Assembly: GCA_964650355.1 (NCBI GenBank)
Contig: CAZYTL010000003.1
Location: 65,750-129,749 of the forward strand
From: an uncultured Gammaproteobacteria bacterium
GTDB taxonomy: Bacteria > Patescibacteriota > Microgenomatia > CAYXHB01 > CAZYTL01
Direction of reading: 5' to 3'
Length of the DNA: 64,000 nucleotides
Both the position numbers and the translations under genes were made by a program. The notes below the pieces were generated by a model. The model saw nothing but the letters and a program-made list of their open reading frames with translations, was not told the origin of the DNA and did not search any database. Below are positions 38,780-49,065 of this stretch, piece after piece. Every line of letters begins with the position of its first letter. The first letter of the stretch is position 1.

Positions 38780-39394
38780 CTATAACTCAAGTGATTTCTC
38801 AACAAATTCACATAACTGTCCTCCAATCAACCTCTGCCAAAACCCCACCTTCTCTTCATCACTTATTTCCGAAAAGTATTTCCCCCTCCTCAAATCAATT
38901 TGTAAAGACTCAATCGGGTAACCATGCTTCAAAGCTTTACTCGGTTTCCATACCAACTTTCTTGGTTCCTTAAAACTACTCTCAAACACTTGTCCATTTA
39001 CAGTTGCCAAACACACGGCATATTGCCAATAACCTTCAGCTTCCCCTCCTAATCCCCTGATCACTCCGGAAAAATGAGCCAATAATTCCTCATCTGACAT
39101 TTCTCTCTTCCCAAAAAATCTTCTTACATATATTCCGGGTTGTAAATCATCCACCAAACCCTCAATATACAGCCCGATATCAACCGCTAACACGGCCTCA
39201 CCTAACTTACTAGCATAACCTAATGCCTTTAACCGTGCATTCTCAACTTCATTCTTACCAGATTCCTCAACTTCAAAATCGTTTATCGCTCCAAAATCAG
39301 CTAAGTTCCTTAACTCAATATCCAAAGAACTCAACGCATCCTTTATCTGCTTAAACTTAGCCTTATTCCTAGTCGCAATCACCAACTGCTTCAT
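38780..39394 (-). CDS. HAM1/ITPase-family NTP pyrophosphatase
   Basis: IATRNKAK, EESG..EVENARLKA, AVDIGLYIEGL, QPG; ATG 39394 preferred. Confidence 0.8.
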   Translation of the reverse strand: MKQLVIATRNKAKFKQIKDALSSLDIELRNLADFGAINDFEVEESGKNEVENARLKALGYASKLGEAVLAVDIGLYIEGLVDDLQPGIYVRRFFGKREMSDEELLAHFSGVIRGLGGEAEGYWQYAVCLATVNGQVFESSFKEPRKLVWKPSKALKHGYPIESLQIDLRRGKYFSEISDEEKVGFWQRLIGGQLCEFVEKSLEL

Positions 39395-39545
39395 AACCAA
39401 AATATACACCAGAGTACCACGGCCATGAAGTTCCAAATAATTAGAAACATTCTATCCCATTCTTCCACCCCGTCAACTGAAAAATTTTTTAGCTATTCTC
39501 CCACTTCAGAAACATCAACTCTTATAAACAAACACCCACTCTATC

Positions 39546-40304
39546 TCACTCAACCGTCTCTTTCACTTGCTCTCCTTGTTTAGACACTTCCAGCCATTTA
39601 CCCCTCATTTTAACCGTCCCAGCAGCAAAATCCACAACCTCCGGCGCCCGAGTCTTTACATCATCCACTAAACTCTCCAGCTTCTCGGCATCCACCCCTT
39701 GACGCTCCCGATAGCTTTCACGTCTCAGCGGCACAGGAGCTCCTGGTTTTACCTCTTCAGGTACTATATGACTAGAATGCGGATATGAAAAAGCCACAAA
39801 ATCTAAATCCCCGGGTCTGTTGGCATCCAAAGCAATCCTTCCTATTCCCCCTTCATTCCCCGCACTGGGTACATACAGCGTCATTCCAACTTGCTGGTCA
39901 TTTCTCGAAACATCAATTCTTTCTGGATACATAGTTCTTATTCTTTTTAGGACCAATCCCCGCTTTTCAACTCGGTAAGGAACCGTCGCATACCAAGAAA
40001 AATTAACCCCATCCCTTTCCACTTGTCTTCGTAAACTTACGTCTCTCGCAATTCTAGATCTTTCTACTATCCAGGTACCTGTCTCATCCGTTATCCTTCT
40101 CATTTCACCCGGCTCCATGTTTTTTATCAATTGTTCTCCAATCCCATGTATAACTTCTATCGTCTCAGCGCACGTTTCCAAAGTTAATCCTTCCACCACA
40201 ATTACTTGGTTTCCAGTAGTTCTATCCTTAGAGGCTTCACCACCATTGTGAGAAACACCCCCATCTTCATCTTGCACCTGGGTAGGAAGCCCTTCCTCTA
40301 ACAT
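39546..40304 (-). CDS. hypothetical protein
   Basis: 252-aa ORF, TATAAT 6 nt upstream of the ATG. Confidence 0.6.
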   Translation of the reverse strand: MLEEGLPTQVQDEDGGVSHNGGEASKDRTTGNQVIVVEGLTLETCAETIEVIHGIGEQLIKNMEPGEMRRITDETGTWIVERSRIARDVSLRRQVERDGVNFSWYATVPYRVEKRGLVLKRIRTMYPERIDVSRNDQQVGMTLYVPSAGNEGGIGRIALDANRPGDLDFVAFSYPHSSHIVPEEVKPGAPVPLRRESYRERQGVDAEKLESLVDDVKTRAPEVVDFAAGTVKMRGKWLEVSKQGEQVKETVE

Positions 40305-40358
40305 AAATCAATTATACCAAAATCCTCTCATCTGTTACGCCTTTTTTCAAAAAGTCCT

Positions 40359-41441
40359 TTAGTCTTTAATCTCGCTCTGCCATTTCCACACCGTCCTACT
40401 GATCTCCGGCACCGCTTCCTTCGCCTCTATCTCATTAACATTCTCAGTCATCACTACCAATAAATAAGGTTGCGGAGCATACACAATCCCTGCATCTCCC
40501 ACCACTCCGACTTCTGTTCCCACCTTATGCGCCACTTTAATATCATCAGGCACTCCGGCAGGAATCCGATCCTCATACCACGTCTTTATCATCGAATCCA
40601 ATATTTGTTCACTATCATCTTTATTTACCCATCTATATGCATACAATCCTTCGAATAAATCCACAATTTCTTTCGGCGTTACCTGATTATCTTTAATCGA
40701 CACTTGCCATAAACCCATCTTCGTAAACTCCCCTGCCAACCTCTCTTCTCCCACCAAATTTACCATCGCTTGGAAAGCTGTATTGTCTGATTCGTTCCCC
40801 ATGTGCCACAACAACTTTCTCCACGTCACTTCATACCCCACCGGCTTGCCTACCAGACTCCCGCTCCCTCCTACTCGATCCGCCTCTCTTAATTTATATA
40901 CATCTTCCAAATCTACCTCTCCCCTTTCTGCCATCCTGTACACTGCTACAATCACGGGCACCTTAATCAAACTCGCTGCTTGCATCGGCTCATTCATAAA
41001 ATTCTGCTTTGCAGAAAAATCTCCTTCCGGCCCCACCTCAAATTCCCAATTCCCCCTACTCTTACATTCTGAATTCTGCATTTTTACACTGAGCGAAGTC
41101 GAAGTGCTGCATTCTAAATTCTTGCTATATACCACATACCTCCCTCGCAACCCCTCCACCATCCCCCGAATCTGCCCCTCTACTTCTGAAGTGTCGATGA
41201 TTACTTCATCTTTGATATCCGTCCGCCGACTGGCGGATTGATTTTTGACTTCTTCCCTCTCCCACACCATTGGTTTGGGCTGCCAAACATCCTTCACCCC
41301 CTCCTTTAATTTCCCTTGCCACCAAAACCCTACCGTCACCAAAGTCATCACCAAAAACACCCCCGCCACCACCCATCTATTCTTCCTCTTCTTCTCCTGC
41401 CATTCCCGAATGGTTTCCTGTTTCACCTTCTTCTTTACCAT
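40359..41441 (-). CDS. membrane-anchored class A beta-lactamase-like serine hydrolase
   Basis: AASLIK (SxxK), SDN, HKVG. Confidence 0.85.
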   Translation of the reverse strand: MVKKKVKQETIREWQEKKRKNRWVVAGVFLVMTLVTVGFWWQGKLKEGVKDVWQPKPMVWEREEVKNQSASRRTDIKDEVIIDTSEVEGQIRGMVEGLRGRYVVYSKNLECSTSTSLSVKMQNSECKSRGNWEFEVGPEGDFSAKQNFMNEPMQAASLIKVPVIVAVYRMAERGEVDLEDVYKLREADRVGGSGSLVGKPVGYEVTWRKLLWHMGNESDNTAFQAMVNLVGEERLAGEFTKMGLWQVSIKDNQVTPKEIVDLFEGLYAYRWVNKDDSEQILDSMIKTWYEDRIPAGVPDDIKVAHKVGTEVGVVGDAGIVYAPQPYLLVVMTENVNEIEAKEAVPEISRTVWKWQSEIKD

Positions 41442-41565
41442 TCCCTATATTCTAACCCAAGGCCTTACAAAACGCTAAAAACCAAATTATTTCATCCTTA
41501 CCATTTTGCATTTTGCTTGCCCCGTAGTCCTCTGCACTACTGGGGATCTTTGATTTTTGATTTAA

Positions 41566-42201
41566 TTATGTCATAAACGCTTTCTCCTTACACACCCGAC
41601 AATGCGTATGGTCCAACCTCCCCATCTGCTTCTCAAACTTCTCAATCGCTTCCATAATTTCCTCCTTAGAGTCAACAATCTCAAACAACTTCACCGATTC
41701 TTTTCTGATCCGCATATTCTTTACTAACACCTTTGTAATCGCCTTCCAAAAATCTCCGTACAACACAAACCCTTTGTGATGCCCTCTATACAACTTCGCT
41801 AACACCCAGGCAGTAGAAAACTCAGACAAAGTCCCCGTTCCTCCGTTAAACACCACATAAAAATCCGCGTGCTCCAACAACTTAAACATCCTCTCAATAT
41901 AATTACCCGTCTTAATTTCCACATCCGGGATATTTCCCACATACCGACCTTCAAACCCGGGCGCGTCCTTAGGATCAAACGTCACCGTCAGTGTCTCGCC
42001 TCCCCCGGCCTCCGCCCCTTTTGTCGAAGCATCCATCACTCCAGGCCCACCGCCGTTAATAATCGTATACCCCTTTTGAGCCAAAAACTTAGCCGCTTCA
42101 TAGGCCGAATCATACAACTCCTCCCCCGGGTCCGTATCCGAAAACCCGAAAAAGGCAATATTCTTCACCAACCTAGGTATCACCAACTTCCTTTTCTCCA
42201 T
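41566..42201 (-). CDS. LOG family nucleotide phosphoribohydrolase-like protein
   Basis: NGGGPGVMDA, ERMFKLL, GGTGTLSE; start at MEKRKL. Confidence 0.85.
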   Translation of the reverse strand: MEKRKLVIPRLVKNIAFFGFSDTDPGEELYDSAYEAAKFLAQKGYTIINGGGPGVMDASTKGAEAGGGETLTVTFDPKDAPGFEGRYVGNIPDVEIKTGNYIERMFKLLEHADFYVVFNGGTGTLSEFSTAWVLAKLYRGHHKGFVLYGDFWKAITKVLVKNMRIRKESVKLFEIVDSKEEIMEAIEKFEKQMGRLDHTHCRVCKEKAFMT

Positions 42202-42220
42202 ATCCCCTACTTTACCATAT

Positions 42221-42904
42221 TTAGCCCGCCAATTGCGCATATAAATTTCGCAGATTCTCCCCAAAATCTCCCGACCCAAACAACCCACTATTCACCTCTG
42301 CCATATCTACACCCAAATCTCTCAACATATTTACATTCTCCAGCTTTACCCCCCCATCAACCTCTATCTGAAAATTCACTGACAACTGATCTCTGACAAC
42401 TGACAACTGTTTTACCTTCTCCAATAGCTCATTCTTCATCTTCCGCCCCGAAAACCCCGCCTCAATCGTCATCACCTGCACCACATCCAAATCCCTCCCC
42501 ACCTCCTCCTTTATCGCTAATATCGGCGTTTGCGCATCGATTGACAACCCACATTCCAAACCCCACTCGCCTTTCACTAAACTCACCCACGAGACCTGAT
42601 CCTTAACCACCTCCACCTGCGGCATTATCCGATCAAACCCCACCCCATAACAGCCCTTCATCCACTCCTGTAAATTATCCTCGTCCACCATCAAATGTGC
42701 CTCAAACTTCAACCCTAATCCCTTATTCTTAATTCCCAATTCAATATCTCTGGGCCTTAACGTCTTATTATTAGCATAGATTCCGTCAATAAAATCCACT
42801 TGTACCCACTCAATCAACCCCTGGCTGGCCCCTTTTCGGACCAACTCCACCCTCTGTTCAAAAATCTTTATATCATCAGTCAAAATCCCGGGAACAATCT
42901 GCAT
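42221..42904 (-). CDS. rpe: ribulose-phosphate 3-epimerase
   Basis: QVDFIDG, EAHLMV, VMTIEAGFSG, IEVDGGV. Confidence 0.88.
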   Translation of the reverse strand: MQIVPGILTDDIKIFEQRVELVRKGASQGLIEWVQVDFIDGIYANNKTLRPRDIELGIKNKGLGLKFEAHLMVDEDNLQEWMKGCYGVGFDRIMPQVEVVKDQVSWVSLVKGEWGLECGLSIDAQTPILAIKEEVGRDLDVVQVMTIEAGFSGRKMKNELLEKVKQLSVVRDQLSVNFQIEVDGGVKLENVNMLRDLGVDMAEVNSGLFGSGDFGENLRNLYAQLAG

Positions 42905-42950
42905 AACCCCATTGAAACATAAACATAAATTAATTTCACCTTCCCCTGCT

Positions 42951-43415
42951 CTAATGTTTTCTTGTTGTCATGAATCTGTATCCTAAAACCACCACCAACC
43001 CATACCCCACCAACTTCAAACTCATATAAATCGCCTCTATTACCGCTCTTAAACTTCCGGTTCCGTCACCATACCCATTCCCTTTTAACAACGTCATCAA
43101 CTCCTCATCTCCTCCTCTCCCCGATGCCCACCACACGGTTACCATCCATCCCAGCCACACCAATATTACCACGTACACCCACAATCCATACTTGGCAATC
43201 AATTCCTTCACCTCCTTAATCTTCCGAATCTCTTCAGAGTAATTGATCATATAAACCAGCCCTAATCCCAATCCCAATAACTCAAACAACCACCCCCAGT
43301 TCTTTACCCACCACCTCATTCCAATCAAACCTCCCAATACAGTTAAACCCAAACCGAGCACCAATCCCCAACTAATACCTAACTTCAACAATCGCCAATT
43401 CACCAACCGCATCAT
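42951..43415 (-). CDS. multi-pass membrane protein
   Basis: four hydrophobic segments. Confidence 0.6.
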   Translation of the reverse strand: MMRLVNWRLLKLGISWGLVLGLGLTVLGGLIGMRWWVKNWGWLFELLGLGLGLVYMINYSEEIRKIKEVKELIAKYGLWVYVVILVWLGWMVTVWWASGRGGDEELMTLLKGNGYGDGTGSLRAVIEAIYMSLKLVGYGLVVVLGYRFMTTRKH

Positions 43416-43479
43416 CTCTCATTAAACCATAAAACCATTACAACATAAAAGCACTAGAACAACCTATCAATATAACTAC

Positions 43480-43935
43480 TTACTTCTCTATGTTACTAAT
43501 CTTCTCCAACCTCCTCTTATGCCTCTCTTCCCCGCTAAACTCCGTCTCCAAAAACGCTTTCACCATTTCCTTTGCCTGCTGAGCGTCTACATAATCCACC
43601 GCCAAAGCCAGCACATTAATGTCATCATCTCTCCTTGCCGCCCCTACCTGCTCCTCATTCAAACCCAACCCACACCGCACCCCCTTAAACTTATTGGCCA
43701 CCACACATACCCCTACCCCGCTCCCGCAAATCACAATCCCACAACTTTTCATTTCCCGCTCTTCGAGCTTCATTACTTGCTGCCCAACCAGCACAGCAAA
43801 ATCCACATAATCATCCTCCTCATCCAACTCTTCAGCCCCGCAATCCACCACTTCATAATCCATGCCCATCAACCACCCTTTCAAGAATTCCTTTAACTTA
43901 AACCCCCGGTGATCAACCCCAATAAAAACTTTCAT
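43480..43935 (-). CDS. rpiB: ribose-5-phosphate isomerase B
   Basis: DHRG..LK, DDYVD, ICGSGVG, ANK..GVR, RHKRR. Confidence 0.93.
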   Translation of the reverse strand: MKVFIGVDHRGFKLKEFLKGWLMGMDYEVVDCGAEELDEEDDYVDFAVLVGQQVMKLEEREMKSCGIVICGSGVGVCVVANKFKGVRCGLGLNEEQVGAARRDDDINVLALAVDYVDAQQAKEMVKAFLETEFSGEERHKRRLEKISNIEK

Positions 43936-44480
43936 ACTCCTAGTTTATCACGTAACCTTTCCAATGCTCTCCTTCTCATCGAAACCTGATTCTTCTCCTC
44001 CATCCCCATCTCCGCAAACGTCTTGTCAAAACCCTCAGGAATAAAAATCGGGTCCCACCCAAACGCATACTCTCCTCTTGGTTCTTTTGCAATCATTCCT
44101 TTAACCTCCCCCTCAAACAACCGCACTTGCTCTCCATCATGATATCCTATTACCACCACAGCCCTCGCCCTGCGATCCTTTTCGTTTTCCATCATCCTAC
44201 AAATCCCTTCACACCCTACAGCTTCCAAAAACCAATGAATTAACGCCCCAGGCAATCCGTTCCACGCCTCAAAATACAACTGATTATCTTCCACCATCAA
44301 GGGCCGCTTCAGCTTCTTATAAGCTTGTTCAACTTTATACCTTACTACAGTTCTTCCATCAATCGCCTGAATCTCATCCAAATTCAAATCTCTTCCCTCA
44401 ACCTTAAAACCGCTCCCCAAAATCTCCCTTGCTTCTCGCAGCTTATTCTTGTTCCCAGTCACAAACAAAATCTTCTTCAT
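43932..44480 (-). CDS. rdgB: non-canonical purine NTP pyrophosphatase (ITPase/RdgB)
   Basis: VTGNKNKLRE, EIQ, VED, GLPG, FGWDPIF, KNQVSMRRRAL. Confidence 0.9.
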   Translation of the reverse strand: MKKILFVTGNKNKLREAREILGSGFKVEGRDLNLDEIQAIDGRTVVRYKVEQAYKKLKRPLMVEDNQLYFEAWNGLPGALIHWFLEAVGCEGICRMMENEKDRRARAVVVIGYHDGEQVRLFEGEVKGMIAKEPRGEYAFGWDPIFIPEGFDKTFAEMGMEEKNQVSMRRRALERLRDKLGV

Positions 44481-45013
44481 ATGGAAATAAACAAATCAAA
44501 AAAAACAAACACCACCAACATCAACACCGATTTTAATATATCAATCAATAACCTGGATTCAGTATCCTTTAGCTGGCCTAAAAATCTCCACATCGGCCAG
44601 ATCCAAATTAACAAACTTACCGCCGAATCCATCAGCAACCAAAACAACCAGGGATTGTCGTAGTAAAAAAACTGTTCTCCCGGTTTAAATTCATCTGCCA
44701 GTCTGCGGCCAATATCATTATAAACCATGTCATTCATCATCCAAATCACCACAAAATTCAAGCCATAAACCCAAAACACCAACCCTGGCATCGTCAATTC
44801 TTCCTTTTTAGCAATCCTTGCCGCATCAACCACTACGGCCTTCAACCACTAATTACTTAACGGCATCGTTAAGTGAGATCTGCTTAGTGCTACTAAAAAC
44901 TTACCTACACTTCCTTCCGTGTGAATTGCCAAACCCCAAAACACCACCCAACCAATTCCAAACAAACCAGTCAGTAAATAATCAGTAATCCTCAACTGCC
45001 ACCACCTTTTCAT
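44477..45013 (-). pseudogene. membrane protein gene interrupted by an in-frame TAG
   Basis: ATG 45013 reads 54 codons to TAG at 44849-44851, then continues in frame into the 122-aa ORF. Confidence 0.55.
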
Positions 45014-45014
45014 A

Positions 45015-45674
45015 TTAGGTCATTGAGTTATATCCCTTCACCAACTCCCTCAACTCTCCTTCCGGATCATCAGCCTTCATCACATCCGAAGCGATCAAAA
45101 ACCCATACGCTCCCAGCTCTAAACCAATCTTAATATCCTCTACTGAATGCACGCCTGCCCCGATCAACAACCTTTCGCCCCCCACAATCTCTACCACCTC
45201 CTGTACCACTTCCGGCTTCGACGAGGCCACCGATTTATCCCGACTCCCAATCAACTCCGGCGGTTCATAAGCCACATAATCAGGATCAAACTTCAACACT
45301 TTCTTCACCTCTTCTGGATCAGCCCCACAAATCAACGTTTTGAATCCTACATCTCTGGCTCTATTCATCGCCTTCTCAATATCCTCCATAATCAACTTCC
45401 TCTCCGAATGATTCAACATCACCCCCACTGCCCCGTTCGCCTTCACCGCCTCCGGCAGCACCCATCCCGTATGCGCCCCATACTCAATCCCGTCCACATG
45501 CTGACACCACACCGGCACCAACACTTCCCTGGCAATCCGCAACACATCAGACACCTGCACCACCACCGCCATCTCAATCCCGGTTTCCCGGCTCACCCGT
45601 TCCACAATCTGTGCCATCCGCAACCCCTCCTCCCCTGTCCCTGACTGATAAGTTTTAAAATTTACGAATATCAT
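45015..45674 (-). CDS. tpiA: triosephosphate isomerase, short archaeal type
   Basis: VNFKTY, NHSERK, YEPPELIG, GAGV. Confidence 0.93.
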   Translation of the reverse strand: MIFVNFKTYQSGTGEEGLRMAQIVERVSRETGIEMAVVVQVSDVLRIAREVLVPVWCQHVDGIEYGAHTGWVLPEAVKANGAVGVMLNHSERKLIMEDIEKAMNRARDVGFKTLICGADPEEVKKVLKFDPDYVAYEPPELIGSRDKSVASSKPEVVQEVVEIVGGERLLIGAGVHSVEDIKIGLELGAYGFLIASDVMKADDPEGELRELVKGYNSMT

Positions 45675-45724
45675 AAGCGATCCTAATCTCAGCAAAGGGT
45701 GATCAGCCTTTGGCTGATACGAAT

Positions 45725-45952
45725 TTATCCGAATGATCCTAATACAAAATCATATAACCAGAATATTAATGGTCTCTTTATCATCCAATGAGAGCAGCCA
45801 GGGCATCCCAAACCAGCCTGACATGGAAAACATACCTCCTTTTGACTATAAACCGGAATAGGCATAATTAAAACCACAACCAACAACCCCACCATCAACT
45901 TCTTCTTCCCGCTCCATTGAATTCTGCTTTGCAGAACCTTCATTAACTCCAC
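45725..45952 (-). CDS. small membrane protein with Cys cluster
   Basis: TM segment then CFPC...CPGC. Confidence 0.5.
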   Translation of the reverse strand: MELMKVLQSRIQWSGKKKLMVGLLVVVLIMPIPVYSQKEVCFPCQAGLGCPGCSHWMIKRPLIFWLYDFVLGSFG

Positions 45953-46002
45953 TCTACCACAAAATTGCCTCTCTCTACTCTCTCATGCTAATCTAAAATC
46001 AA

Positions 46003-46290
46003 ATGCTTAAAAAACTCCTTTTACTCTACTTGCTAGATTTTGCTCTCCTCGCCATTATTTTCTTTCTTGGCGGAGCCATAAAAATATTTGAAACTATTCC
46101 AATTAATATCTACTACATCAGTCTACCTTTTCTCATCTTCGTCCCTGCGTACTTTGTAAACCATTCATACCTAAAAGTTCCCTTTAAGCGTTTCTTTCAA
46201 ATCCAACTCCTCTTCCTCCTTACCATGGTCATCTTTATTTACTGGATTTTAATTGAAATTGCCGCTAATTTCGGCTCTATGATTCTGTAA
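46003..46290 (+). CDS. small membrane protein
   Basis: three hydrophobic segments. Confidence 0.55.
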   Translation: MLKKLLLLYLLDFALLAIIFFLGGAIKIFETIPINIYYISLPFLIFVPAYFVNHSYLKVPFKRFFQIQLLFLLTMVIFIYWILIEIAANFGSMIL

Positions 46291-46322
46291 CCTATTCCCC
46301 CAAACAAAATAAGTCTCTGTCT

Positions 46323-46625
46323 ATGCTCAAAAAAACTCTCCTCCTCTTTATCGAATTTAATATCCTGTTCCTTCTATTTAGCTTTATTGGTTTTATTCTC
46401 ATCACCGCCGTCACCCCTGCCCCGCCTGGTGATAGAATTATCAGCCTTGGACCCTTTATAAGAAAAGGTGCATACTTCGGCTACATCCTTAGCATTATAT
46501 CCACATTAGCGCTTAACATAAAAAACCTAAAATCCAAAAAATACGAATTAATCACCACCTGTCTCTTCTTCTCTGCCCTATATTTCATTCTTCTCTGGAA
46601 GGGTGGCCCGTTTTTGGGAATTTAG
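46323..46625 (+). CDS. small membrane protein, possible paralogue of the upstream gene
   Basis: MLKK.LLL start shared with 46003; three hydrophobic segments. Confidence 0.55.
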   Translation: MLKKTLLLFIEFNILFLLFSFIGFILITAVTPAPPGDRIISLGPFIRKGAYFGYILSIISTLALNIKNLKSKKYELITTCLFFSALYFILLWKGGPFLGI

Positions 46626-46632
46626 CCTTCAA

Positions 46633-46950
46633 CTAGAACATCCCCAACTCTGCTTTTGCTTCCTCGCTCATCTTCTCCATACTCCACGCCGGTTCCCATG
46701 TCAATTCAATCTCCACCGCTTCCACCCCTTCTAAACTCTTCACCGCCTTCGTCACCAAACTCTCAAAAGTACTGGCCAGCGGGCACCCCGGACTCGTCAA
46801 CGTCATCTTCACGAACACCTTGAACCTTGAATCTTGAATCTTGAGTTTAACATCGTATATCAAACCCAAATCCACAATATTAATCAACAGCTCAGGATCC
46901 ACCACCTCCTTTAACTTCTCTCTCACCTGGTCTTCTGTTAACATCACCAT
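46633..46950 (-). CDS. DUF59/SufT-like Fe-S cluster assembly protein
   Basis: V.DPEL.INIVDLGLIY, MTLTSPGCP, TWEPAW. Confidence 0.92.
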   Translation of the reverse strand: MVMLTEDQVREKLKEVVDPELLINIVDLGLIYDVKLKIQDSRFKVFVKMTLTSPGCPLASTFESLVTKAVKSLEGVEAVEIELTWEPAWSMEKMSEEAKAELGMF

Positions 46951-46979
46951 AAATCAAATCAGAAATTAATGAAGACAAC

Positions 46980-48206
46980 TTAAACCTTAAACATCTTCAT
47001 CGCCTTCTCCACCCCTTCCACCAACTTATCCACGTCCTCCTTCGTATTATAAACATAAAAACTTGCCCGCACCGTCGCCATCAAACCCAAATAAGTATGT
47101 AAAGGCATTGCACAGTGGTGCCCTGCCCGCACGTACACATTATCCGAGTCCAACACCTGCGCCACATCATGAGGATGAATCCCATCTACTGTAAATGAAA
47201 TCACTCCCCCTCGTTTACCCACATCATTCGGCCCGTAAACAGTCACGCCTCTCAGCCCATTTAGCTCTTTCAGCCCATATCGCACCAGCTCGCATTCGTG
47301 AGCTCTCACCTTCTCCATCTCTAAATTGTCCAAATAATCCACGGCCGCTCCTAATCCAATCGCTCCCGCAATATGTGGTGTTCCTGCCTCAAACTTATAA
47401 GGCGCCTCTTTAAATTCCGCTTTGTCAAAACTCACCTCACTAATCATTTCTCCCCCATACATAAACGGGGCCATCTCTTCCAACAACTCCTCTCTCCCCC
47501 ACAACACGCCGATCCCCGAAGGCCCCAGCATCTTATGCCCGGAAAACGCATACCAATCACACCCCAACTTCTGCATATCCACTTTCATATGCGGCACCGC
47601 CTGCGCCCCATCGATTAGTAATTTCGTTGCCTTGTTGTTTTGTTTCACCACTTTACTTATCCTCTCGATATCATTAATCGTTCCCAACACATTCGACACG
47701 TGAGTCACCGCCACCAGCCTGGTTTTCTTCGTCAAAGCTCGTCCCAAGGCTTCCATATCTAACAACCCCTTCTCATTTATCTGAACAACTTTTAACTTCG
47801 CCTCCGTAATCCCCGCCAACACCTGCCAGGTCACCAAATTAGCATGATGTTCCATCACCGAAATCACTATCTCATCTCCTCTGGTAAAATTCCTCAATCC
47901 CCAACTATACATCACCATATTCAGCGCCTCCGTCGCATTCCTCACAAACACAATTTCATTCTGCTTTGCAGAAATAAATTTTGCCATCTTTCCCCTCGCG
48001 CCTTCATAAGCCATTGTTGCCTCTTCGCTCAACTTATAAATTCCCCGGAAAATATTCGCCGTGTACTCTTCATAATACTTCCGCACCGCCTCCACCACTG
48101 GCTTTGGCTTCAAACTCGTGGCCGCCGAATCCAAATACACAATCGGCTGCCCTTCAATCTTCCGCTTAAAAATCGCAAAATCCTGTTTAATATTTTTCCC
48201 GATCAC
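46980..48206 (-). CDS. sufS: SufS-type cysteine desulfurase
   Basis: YLDSAATS, EHHAN, DGAQ, SGHKM, EAGTP, RAGHHCA. Confidence 0.95.
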   Translation of the reverse strand: MIGKNIKQDFAIFKRKIEGQPIVYLDSAATSLKPKPVVEAVRKYYEEYTANIFRGIYKLSEEATMAYEGARGKMAKFISAKQNEIVFVRNATEALNMVMYSWGLRNFTRGDEIVISVMEHHANLVTWQVLAGITEAKLKVVQINEKGLLDMEALGRALTKKTRLVAVTHVSNVLGTINDIERISKVVKQNNKATKLLIDGAQAVPHMKVDMQKLGCDWYAFSGHKMLGPSGIGVLWGREELLEEMAPFMYGGEMISEVSFDKAEFKEAPYKFEAGTPHIAGAIGLGAAVDYLDNLEMEKVRAHECELVRYGLKELNGLRGVTVYGPNDVGKRGGVISFTVDGIHPHDVAQVLDSDNVYVRAGHHCAMPLHTYLGLMATVRASFYVYNTKEDVDKLVEGVEKAMKMFKV

Positions 48207-48249
48207 TCCCTTATTATATACTAAAAATAGCCGTTAATCGTAAGTCCGC

Positions 48250-48609
48250 ATGTCATTTATCATCCTCCTCTCCATTTCATTCATCTCTTTATATATCAAT
48301 GACCGATCATTCTGGTCTAAACAAGACATTGCTAATAAATTCCTCAGTCTCTATCACTACCTATTAATATTCATCTTTGTCAGATTCATTCTATTAGCCT
48401 TCATCACGGAAGCCTCAAAGCAGATTGAATCTGGCTTTAACCTTCCTCTCACTACAGCCCAACTCATTGTCTATGTCTTTGATTTTATCTATTGGATGGG
48501 CATCCCCCATCTGATTAAAATGACCAACAACAATGCTTTTAATAAAGCCATTGTTTACACCTTTATTGAATTACTTATCCTCCCCGGAGTTACAACACTT
48601 CTAACTTAA
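48250..48609 (+). CDS. membrane protein
   Basis: hydrophobic 119-aa ORF. Confidence 0.5.
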   Translation: MSFIILLSISFISLYINDRSFWSKQDIANKFLSLYHYLLIFIFVRFILLAFITEASKQIESGFNLPLTTAQLIVYVFDFIYWMGIPHLIKMTNNNAFNKAIVYTFIELLILPGVTTLLT

Positions 48610-48969
48610 ATTACCGCTCTTTTTCTCCTTATCCTTTGTCATCATTTCCAACACCGAATTTACCATCCACAACACAATACTGAACAAAACCGCCGACCCG
48701 AAACCCGCTACCGTAAACCCTGGTACCAACCACCCTACCAACCCCACCATCAACGCATTCAAAATCAATAAAAATATCCCCAAAGTTAAAATCGTCACCG
48801 GTAAAGTCAACACCACCAAAATCGGCCTTACGAACGTATTCACCACCCCTAAAACCAGCGCCACCACCACCGCAATTAACCAACTGTCCACCTTCACCCC
48901 AGGGATCAGCAACGCCGTTACCCACACCGCCAACCCATTAATCAACAACTTCATCACCAAATTCACCAT
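48601..48969 (-). CDS. YvlD-like 4-TM (phage holin family) membrane protein
   Basis: VNTFVRPIL..LTLP.TILTLG.F.L..NA signature. Confidence 0.85.
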   Translation of the reverse strand: MVNLVMKLLINGLAVWVTALLIPGVKVDSWLIAVVVALVLGVVNTFVRPILVVLTLPVTILTLGIFLLILNALMVGLVGWLVPGFTVAGFGSAVLFSIVLWMVNSVLEMMTKDKEKKSGNLS

Positions 48970-49065
48970 AATTACATTATACGACAACCTCAAACTTTGC
49001 TATAATCCACGTATAAAATAAACCTTTATCCTCATTCACGATTCCTGATTCATATTTCAATTTCT

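Noticed and set aside
40359-41441. Antibiotic-resistance beta-lactamase
   Set aside because: Membrane-anchored with a KVG variant; more likely a cell-wall serine hydrolase, and resistance cannot be inferred from motifs
5600-45013. TAG stop-codon reassignment, suggested by TAG at 44849 and a short in-frame extension after 6016
   Set aside because: Many clear genes end at TAG at the expected position, and long conserved genes have no internal stops
48601-48969. Holin as evidence of a prophage
   Set aside because: The YvlD-like family is commonly chromosomal and no phage genes are nearby
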